IMG/VR virus record: IMGVR_UViG_3300027861_004723
DNA from: an uncultured virus (IMG/VR IMGVR_UViG_3300027861_004723)
Taxonomy: Duplodnaviria; Heunggongvirae; Uroviricota; Caudoviricetes
Strand: one strand, 5' to 3'
DNA: 46,900 nucleotides
Part shown: positions 40,199-46,900 of the stretch, in pieces
Layout: each line of letters starts with the position of its first letter
Numbering within the stretch: position 1 is the first letter of the stretch
Translations under genes and position numbers: made by a program
The notes under the pieces: model-generated
What the model was told of the DNA's origin: nothing
What the model saw: the letters and a program-made list of their open reading frames with translations, nothing else
Database searches by the model: none

Positions 40199-41209
40199 GC
40201 TCATCACCTAAGAAACGCAGGGCAGTGATGCTTGATACTCTCAAAGAGATTGCTATTGCCTTTGGTGGTGCTGTCGTTGGGCTAGTCTGTTGTTCTATTG
40301 GTGCTATCCTTTTCGCTATTCCCTGCGCTGCTATTCTCTTGGGCCTGGTTTGGGCTTTGATGGAAATCACTGGCTTGGGACAAAACGCTGCTACAATTTG
40401 GGTGTCTGGTATAGGGGGTTTGGTTTGTATGACTATTGCTGTCTATCAACAAAACCAAGTTCATAAACGATGGATGGCCGGGATTATGGCAGAGGTAGAT
40501 CGCAAGATTGCTGCTGAGAACACGGAAGGGTAGAGAGATGTCTGACCAAGATGAAAACAGGATTTCTCTAGACGAGCTTTGGGTAATAGCTGATTATGGC
40601 TATCATGGAGATCCGGGGTGTAATGGTTACGCCTACTCCTCAAAAGAGGAAGCCCAAGCTATTGTTGATAAAACCAAAAAGAATTATCCTAAGCTACACT
40701 ACAAAGTAATGAGTGTGCAAGACTATATCTGGCAGAACAAGCGTTACCAAGACCATAACTGTGGTATTTGTTAGTGGTCTATTGCGATTACAGAAACCCA
40801 CCTTGCAATAACGAAGCTGAAAAGTTGGGGCTTGGCTGGTATGAAATTTCATTCGCAGGAATGAAACCCAAGTATTTCTGCTGTAAGGCTCATGCTATTT
40901 ATGCTATCTCCGATCCGGTCAAACATTGTGAGCTAGATGACCTTGAAGACCTAAAAGACAAAGACGGCAATGACATTAGAGGCTGAAGATGAAAGTAAAA
41001 GAAACTGTACTCTCTGGCGGTCGGACCAAGACCGACATCACTATTGACATTCTCAATAGCTGCGATATGCCCCAGACCATCTCTGCGGTAACCGTCAACC
41101 CAGACAAGAGCATTAGCTGGTCCATCTTTGGGCAGCGCAGCCCTGCTGTAGCCAGGGAAATGGCACAGGCTCTTATCAAAGCCGCTGAAATCGCAGAACG
41201 CAGCATCCA

Positions 41210-41767
41210 ATGAAACTTACCTGTCAGATGATCCTGCCGGGAGGCATAGCCGGAATAGCCTGCGGCAAGCCAGTAGGCGATGCCTTCTGTCCCGAGCATC
41301 TTGAGCTATTTATGAACCAAGATCAAATTACTGATTTCCTCAACAAAGCACTTGATAAGGGTTTTGACGTTCACGCCATCCTTAATCGAGTAACAACCAT
41401 TCGTTGTGGGCTTGCGGATACTACGGCTCGAAACCGCGAGTGGGGAACTAATAGCAAATACATCTTTGGTGTTAAAACCAAGGATGAGTGCTTTGACGAC
41501 CTGTGGGGTGGATTCTGTATCGGAATCGTTAAAAAGGATTTCTGGGAAAACGAGCGGCGATGTCTTGAAGATCGCCATATTAGTGGAGAAATCTATCTTC
41601 CGGATGACGGCCTGGGATTTAGCGAGGAGATGGAGAGCACCTTTGGTTGCGTCAGTAATACTGCAATGGGCGTGGTTACTCGTGAGATGGTGATTAGGTC
41701 ACTAACCCAAGCCGGATTTATACATTCAACTGATTTACAGGATTGGATATTGGACCACGACCCATGA
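41210..41767 (+). CDS. Hypothetical protein
   Basis: Coupled ORF (ATGA overlaps). Confidence 0.7.
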   Translation: MKLTCQMILPGGIAGIACGKPVGDAFCPEHLELFMNQDQITDFLNKALDKGFDVHAILNRVTTIRCGLADTTARNREWGTNSKYIFGVKTKDECFDDLWGGFCIGIVKKDFWENERRCLEDRHISGEIYLPDDGLGFSEEMESTFGCVSNTAMGVVTREMVIRSLTQAGFIHSTDLQDWILDHDP

Positions 41768-42760
41768 GCAAACCTAAGAAAACAAAACGCAAGAAACCGC
41801 AAGCTGTCTACGTCCTAAACACTTTTACCAGCGGAGGATCAGCCGTTCCTCATATCGGTAGCAAAGGCTGGTTGTGTTCTGATAAAGACCACAATCACTT
41901 TGCAGGACAAGTTGGTAGGGTCTGTGTAGTGTTTCGTGCTTGCTTTGATCCGTCAACCGGCGAACCTAGAGTCCCTAAAGGCTATATGCCTGTTCACTTG
42001 TATTTCCCTCTTGATCATCTGAGCAAGCGCAAGATTGGTATCAAGCGAACGGCTTTGCTGCGTGGGCAGTTTAAGATGGCGCTGGAGGAGAAGCGGGCGA
42101 AGCTGGCAAAGGAAAGCGCACAAGCTAGTAAGGATCTAAAGAAGGTTTTTGAGAGATTGGACAAATTGCTACCCGAGACTAAAAATGTGGTAAGGGATCT
42201 TTGGGATAAAGCAGGCCGAAAAAGCTGATATGGTTTGGATAAAACTTCTTAAAGCCCAGGAAACTACCCCTAAACCTAAAGAGCGTTGGTATATACATTG
42301 TAGGATTGGTAGACAATACTTTATCGTTTCTAGGTTTGGTATTAGGTGGATTAGGTGATTAAAAACGCAGAATGGTCTTGCGAATGGTGTGGAGATACAA
42401 AACCACTTTCCTGGCTTGAGTCTTTGTTCAGTTGGCTACAGCCGCGCTATTGTGCAGTATACGGGGAGGCGGCTGGTTGGCCCAGCCCCTCTTGTCGCCT
42501 ATCTGCTAGGCTAGCCGAACGAATCGCTGCTAGAACGGCTGCAACGGCTAAGAAAAAAACCCTTAAAGAGCTTCGTGGGCTGACGCTAGGTCGATTGCGC
42601 GGTAATGATCTTGCTGCGCCTTCAAACACTGCTGCTGGAATAATGAATAAGGGCTTTGATGGTGTTGGACCGTGGAGACTTGATGATGCGTCTCTTGACA
42701 GGAAAACCACGAAAGACTAAAATTGCGGCATAACGCAACCGAGCCAGAGAGCAAAACACA

Positions 42761-43108
42761 ATGGGCATGGGCAGTATGATTACTACTGACGAGCGCAAGG
42801 CAGAGGTCCGCAAGACCATCGCTGACGCGGGGCTGGATTGGTTTCGCTGTGAGCCGGGATTTCGGTTTCTCGATGCAGATGGTGACGAGTGTATTGTCAT
42901 CGGATGGGGTGGTTGGCGCGAGCCGGATCTTCTAGGAGCCCTAGACCTTTGCCCCGATGAGCATCATGGACATAGGCGCAATCATTCTCTCTTTACACTG
43001 CAATTCAAGCCTGCTACCCTGGTGGGCGCTTATTCTTACAAGGGGGAGCAATGCTTGATGAGCATCCCAGATATGGAGTTTCTATCGTGCTGTAAACCCG
43101 CTTCCTAA
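42761..43108 (+). CDS. Hypothetical protein
   Basis: Promoter 42695-42723. Confidence 0.7.
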   Translation: MGMGSMITTDERKAEVRKTIADAGLDWFRCEPGFRFLDADGDECIVIGWGGWREPDLLGALDLCPDEHHGHRRNHSLFTLQFKPATLVGAYSYKGEQCLMSIPDMEFLSCCKPAS

Positions 43109-43115
43109 CACCAAT

Positions 43116-43188
43116 GGAGGCGTAGCTCAGATGGTAGAGCAGCAGGCTTTTAACCTGCGGGTCCAGGGTTCGATCCCCTGCGCCTTCA
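43116..43188 (+). tRNA. tRNA-Lys(TTT)
   Basis: Canonical cloverleaf: GGAGGCG/CGCCTTC, GCAGG-CTTTTAA-CCTGC, CAGGG-TTCGATC-CCCTG. Confidence 0.93.
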
Positions 43189-43195
43189 TCAACAT

Positions 43196-43312
43196 GGCAT
43201 GTTAGCATAATAGTATGCGTCTTTGCTAGTGATACCGCCAATAAGAAGCGGGCAAGGAATTTTTATCACGTTTTGAGCAAAGAAGATGTAGGTGCGAGCC
43301 CTACACTTGCCT
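43196..43312 (+). ncRNA. tRNA-scaffold RNA (117 nt) with an extended, anticodon-less arm
   Basis: Acceptor GGCATGT/ACTTGCC, D GCAT/ATGC, TCTTTGCT/AGCAAAGA + GTGATA/TATCAC, T arm GTAGG-TGCGAGC-CCTAC. Confidence 0.75.
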
Positions 43313-43374
43313 TACCTAGAAAATCTCGCTAGTGATTGACAGGAAAACCCCTGCGGGCTATGATGCTATCACAA

Positions 43375-43517
43375 CCCGCACAGGAGACAGGCGTCTCACT
43401 TTTTCAATCGTGCAAGTATTACGCTGATCGGACGCGATAATCCTTCGGTTAGGATTTGAAAACAGCACAGTATTTGTAGGGAAAGACGTAAGCCAGGTTC
43501 GAGTCCTGGGTGCGGGG
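43375..43517 (+). ncRNA. tRNA-scaffold RNA (143 nt): acceptor + T arm, novel D hairpin and branched long arm
   Basis: CCCGCAC/GTGCGGG, CCAGG-TTCGAGT-CCTGG, GAGAC/GTCTC, TGCAAGTATT/AGTATTTGTA, AATCCT/AGGATT; own promoter 43336-43364. Confidence 0.7.
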
Positions 43518-43908
43518 TTATGACAAACGACAATGAGACTGTTGCAGAGTGCTATAACTGTTGCTACTGGGGCGATAGTGAGTTTTCGACGGGGCAGGAT
43601 AGAAGCAAGGTTCAGTTGTGCGTGAAGCGTGCAGTGAATCATGCAAATCCGCCAGAAACGCCGGATAGCTTTAGCTGTCCGCTTTACAAAGAAGCAGGTA
43701 ACCGTGACTGAGTGTAAGTTGGAAAAGCGTCGAGTGGTTTTTACTGCTACCTTTGAGTGCGAAATTGAGTTTGATCCCGAGACGGAGGACGAGCAGGATG
43801 CGATCTCCAATATCGACATCCCCGAAGGCGGGATCAATACTTCCATTTATTGCGAGAACTCGTTTGATATTATCGAGGTTCACAACCCGAATGAGTCAGA
43901 GGTAGACA

Positions 43909-44304
43909 ATGGGGTTTAATTCAGTTATCCTTATCGCAAATGTTGATCTTCATCGCATTGGTGACGATGAGCAGTTTGGTGCCAAGGTGAGTGAGCAACT
44001 TGGGCTCCACTGTACTGGTAGAAATAGTCCCTGGCTTACCGATGGCTTCAAAGTTGTAGCACAGCATCACGCTAATAATGTTTCGGTGATTCTAGTTGGT
44101 GGTAACACTGCTAAAATTATTGGAATGAGCCGTCGAGGTGATGGTAGCTGGGCACGAGATGGCGAAGAAGGCCAACAAGATGTTGTGCGTATCTTGAAAG
44201 AGGTTGCTCAAGATCATGGTTACCGGCTTGTCAAGATGACCGACGCGCAAAAAGCTAACAAACCTTGGGCAAAACCGTATGACGGTAATGGATGGGCAAT
44301 GTGA
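43909..44304 (+). CDS. Conserved phage hypothetical protein (MGFNSVILI...HHA...LVGGN)
   Basis: GAGGT SD. Confidence 0.75.
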   Translation: MGFNSVILIANVDLHRIGDDEQFGAKVSEQLGLHCTGRNSPWLTDGFKVVAQHHANNVSVILVGGNTAKIIGMSRRGDGSWARDGEEGQQDVVRILKEVAQDHGYRLVKMTDAQKANKPWAKPYDGNGWAM

Positions 44305-44464
44305 AGGGTCAAGTTGTTAAAAGTATTTTCGTCGGGGCTGTAATGGGTATTACAGTAGGCTACTTTGCTAGTGACCCGTGGCTGGGGCTGGGCTTTGCTG
44401 CTGGTGGTGCTGTGGGTGATCTAGCTTACAGCATGTATAAGAAGCTCACCAAGAAAAAAGATTG

Positions 44465-45151
44465 ATGGGTCAAGTGTCTGGGCGCGGAGATGTGGAAAGA
44501 TCCGGCATCATTCCCCTTGATGAGGTTTTGCCTTTTGTTTCAACGGGCAAGCCTGAACATGGGAAAGAAAAGCTGAAGGGCCGACCGCAGAAGGTTTTTA
44601 ACGGCCAGTCTGTTCATATGGACAGCCTGCGCTATCAGACATTTGTTAAATCAGGAGTAGTTTGTGTTGCTTGTGGTCTGGAGGGTAAGTATTTTGCCCT
44701 AGAGAGGCAGCTTCACCAAAAAAGCCCTCGGTATCATCTCAATCTTTACGGGCTTACGGATGGTGTGGAAATTATTTTCACTAAAGATCATATCCTTCCG
44801 CGTGGAAAAGGTGGGTCTGATCATCTCAGCAATCTACAGACGATGTGCCAACCCTGTAATTCGGCTAAAGGCTCAGATAGCAAATTTACTATTGCTCGTA
44901 AACAACGAAAGAGTCGCATTAAAAACCTGATGCACAAAGTACAAACCCAGCTTGGAGAAAACAAGCAAGAGCGCAAGCAGTATTATCAGGAGGGGTCATC
45001 GGATGGCGGGCCTGGTTTTGTTGCCTATAAAAAGCGATATGGAGTTTTGAGGGCAAGGCTCAATAGGCTAGAGCAACTAAAGGATAATAGCCGAGCACGC
45101 AGGAAAGCGGCTAGGGTTGCATCTATGGACAGTAGCACAGATCCATGCTAG
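44465..45151 (+). CDS. HNH endonuclease family protein
   Basis: CVACG...[31 protein letters not shown]. Confidence 0.88.
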   Translation: MGQVSGRGDVERSGIIPLDEVLPFVSTGKPEHGKEKLKGRPQKVFNGQSVHMDSLRYQTFVKSGVVCVACGLEGKYFALERQLHQKSPRYHLNLYGLTDGVEIIFTKDHILPRGKGGSDHLSNLQTMCQPCNSAKGSDSKFTIARKQRKSRIKNLMHKVQTQLGENKQERKQYYQEGSSDGGPGFVAYKKRYGVLRARLNRLEQLKDNSRARRKAARVASMDSSTDPC

Positions 45152-45868
45152 TCTATGGGCAGTGGAGATCCTGATGAAACTCTGGCAAATCACTCAGTGG
45201 GGCAATCCGAAAGAGGGGCCTAATGGCTGGGACACTAGCGTTATTGTTCGTGCTACCTCTTTCGACAGTGCTCTAGCTGTTGGTGAAACCTTTTTTACAT
45301 CCTTCCCAAAAACAGAAGATGGTAAGCCTTACCGGGAGGGGGAGGCGAACCTAGTTGTTTTGATGGGCGACGACTTCAGTAAACTAGCTGAAGAAAAGAT
45401 TGTAATTCACGATTTTGTGCTACCTGCATTTAACTTGGGGCATTACCAAAGTTGGAAAAAAGATTGTGTCTTCAAGGATGGGAAAATAACAGGCTATGAG
45501 TGGTTTGAAAACCCTATGAAGGAAGCATGACTAAAGTAGAAATCAAGGTTCCTGCTTGTTCAAAATGCGATTGCACTATGACAGTGCAGGATGTTATTAC
45601 CAATCACCCTAAAAATGATGTAGATACTGTTATCTACTTTTGTGAAGTTTGTGGAGTTTGATGTGCCCGAGTTTGAATACCAGTTTCGTCGTGAACAACG
45701 AGTTGACTTTACCATCACTGCTGATACCAGAGAAGATGCGGATGATCTAGCCGACGACCACATCCAAAACGTCGATCTGGACTCTCCTGATGATAACAGT
45801 GATGATCCGGGTGAGTTGGAGTTTATGGGGGTTGACCATGTGGTTGATCTGCTGACCGGGATTAACAC

Positions 45869-45902
45869 AAAAAAGCCCCCAAAGTGAATTGAGGGCTTTT
45901 CT
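45869..45902. terminator. Bidirectional intrinsic terminator
   Basis: AAAAAAGCCC...GGGCTTTTCT between convergent genes. Confidence 0.7.
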
Positions 45903-45925
45903 GGGCGATAATAGTTAGCTTAGTC

Positions 45926-46405
45926 TTAGCGACGGCTACGACGACGACGACGTTTGCGGCTGCTCTTACGCTTACGCTTTCTTGCTGCTACGGTAATTGG
46001 CTCACCGGCTTCTTCGCGGAGCCAGTGACGAGCTTCTGCTAAGAGGCCCTTTTGGTTTGCGGTTAGTCTCTTACGTGAAACTGCTCCACGCTTACCACGC
46101 TTGGTGTATCGACGTAGACGAGCAAGCATCTTGTTTCTGGTCTTGAGATCCGCTTTGGTCCAAGTAGGGAATATGATGTTTTTAAGATCGCCCCAAGCGT
46201 TTCCTGGTGTTCCTTTTTTTGTAGCTTTTCTACGGAGCCTGTAGAGTCTATTAACACGGCTACGTGCTTGGCGACCCCATGAACGCTTCTTACGACTCTT
46301 ACGAATCTTTGCCTTCTTGCTTCTACGTTTACGTCCGGCCTTTGACCGCCAGTATTTTTTCATAGCGGCTACGCGCTTTCTGCTTTTCCTAGTTTTTTTT
46401 GCCAT
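45926..46405 (-). CDS. Protamine/histone-like highly basic protein
   Basis: AGGAG SD on the minus strand before MAKKTRKSRKR...; roughly two-fifths K/R by eye. Confidence 0.85.
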   Translation of the reverse strand: MAKKTRKSRKRVAAMKKYWRSKAGRKRRSKKAKIRKSRKKRSWGRQARSRVNRLYRLRRKATKKGTPGNAWGDLKNIIFPTWTKADLKTRNKMLARLRRYTKRGKRGAVSRKRLTANQKGLLAEARHWLREEAGEPITVAARKRKRKSSRKRRRRRSRR

Positions 46406-46582
46406 TTGATATATCTCCTGATTAAATAGTAGCAAAAAATAGCAAAGATTGATTCTTATTTTTCCCTATTTTTCTTATTTTTCTTATTTAATTTTTCCGT
46501 GAAAATTTAGCTGTGTCTTGACTGAATCTCTCGATGGTGCATAATGTAAGATGCCAGCCGAGAATGGTGCCTGGAGAAAAAA

Positions 46583-46900
46583 ATGAGAAACTCTGTTGCC
46601 CCTACTGACACTCAACCCCAACCCCAACCCCAACCCCAGAAGGCTTATTTCGTCTGGGTGCGTTGGAAATCTGGGGGCGTCGATAGGTTTCATATTACTC
46701 ACAATGCGGCTGCATGGTGGGCCAGTAACAGCGACAGGTATCAAGAGAAGGTTCGTCTTTCTACCCCGACAGGACAGTGCATTACTCTCGACATAACAGA
46801 AATGGTTGCCCACAAGTTGCTTGTAAAGACTATTACTATTCCAGATAGCAATAGAAATCCTCTGGAAGACGACGAGCATTACGAAAATCCGTGTAGCTAA
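46583..46900 (+). CDS. Hypothetical protein with (QP)n linker
   Basis: Promoter 46518-46545, GGAG SD. Confidence 0.7.
   Translation: MRNSVAPTDTQPQPQPQPQKAYFVWVRWKSGGVDRFHITHNAAAWWASNSDRYQEKVRLSTPTGQCITLDITEMVAHKLLVKTITIPDSNRNPLEDDEHYENPCS

Larger units (their letters stand above)
330..46545 (+). promoter_or_regulatory. Dispersed family of ~40 sigma70-like phage early promoters (TTGACAG...TAnnaT, 16-18 bp spacer)
   Basis: -35 hexamers start at 330, 704, 1011, 1501, 2686, 3144, 4414, 5105, 5867, 6420, 7514, 8472, 8812, 9802, 11058, 11843, 12253, 12813, 14248, 15565, 16543, 16889, 17640, 18640, 19732, 20245, 21523, 22209, 23564, 23879, 24548, 25278, 26533, 27452, 28518, 29354, 31686, 32159, 33008, 36930, 37908, 38628, 42695, 43336, 45126, 46518. 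Nearly all have a -10-like hexamer about 17 bp downstream and precede a gene or RNA. Confidence 0.9.

Noticed and set aside
24860..43312. Interpreting the inserts as tRNA introns (group I or bulge-helix-bulge)
   Set aside because: Inserts of ~45-125 nt are too short for group I introns, and excision would not restore a canonical Y-U-NNN-R loop; the 29437 element has a tetraloop regardless. Not fully excluded without RNA data.
704..45170. CRISPR array or integron attC array made of the repeats
   Set aside because: The repeats are -35/-10 promoters at irregular, gene-sized spacing; no cas or integrase gene and no attC-type structure

Overview
This window looks like the early (host-takeover-type) region of a large or jumbo bacteriophage. 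About 100 short, mostly hypothetical genes lie almost all on the + strand. They are punctuated by about 40 related sigma70-type promoters (TTGACAG-N16-TAnnaT) that fall into a few sub-families and often overlap the 3' end of the upstream gene. Recognisable proteins are TyrRS, a T4 Rnl1-type RNA ligase, a truncated RlmN/Cfr radical-SAM methyltransferase, a minimal ATP-dependent ligase domain, an HNH nuclease, an excisionase-like HTH protein and a protamine-like basic protein. Near-canonical tRNAs are Asn-GTT, Met-CAT and Lys-TTT. The most striking feature is a dispersed set of at least six enlarged 'tRNA-scaffold' RNAs (117-189 nt) that keep the acceptor stem and T-arm but carry unrelated structured domains in place of, or added to, the D or anticodon arm. 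There is also a ~345-nt multibranch RNA closed by a 34-bp inverted repeat with an embedded tRNA-like branch, two NCCA-ended mini-RNAs, a GGC-CACCAY-GCC hairpin shared by three different RNAs, and two RNAs displaying anti-Shine-Dalgarno sequence. All RNA folds were derived by eye and all protein calls by motif recognition; no searches were run. Only a subset of the hypothetical ORFs and promoters is listed individually.
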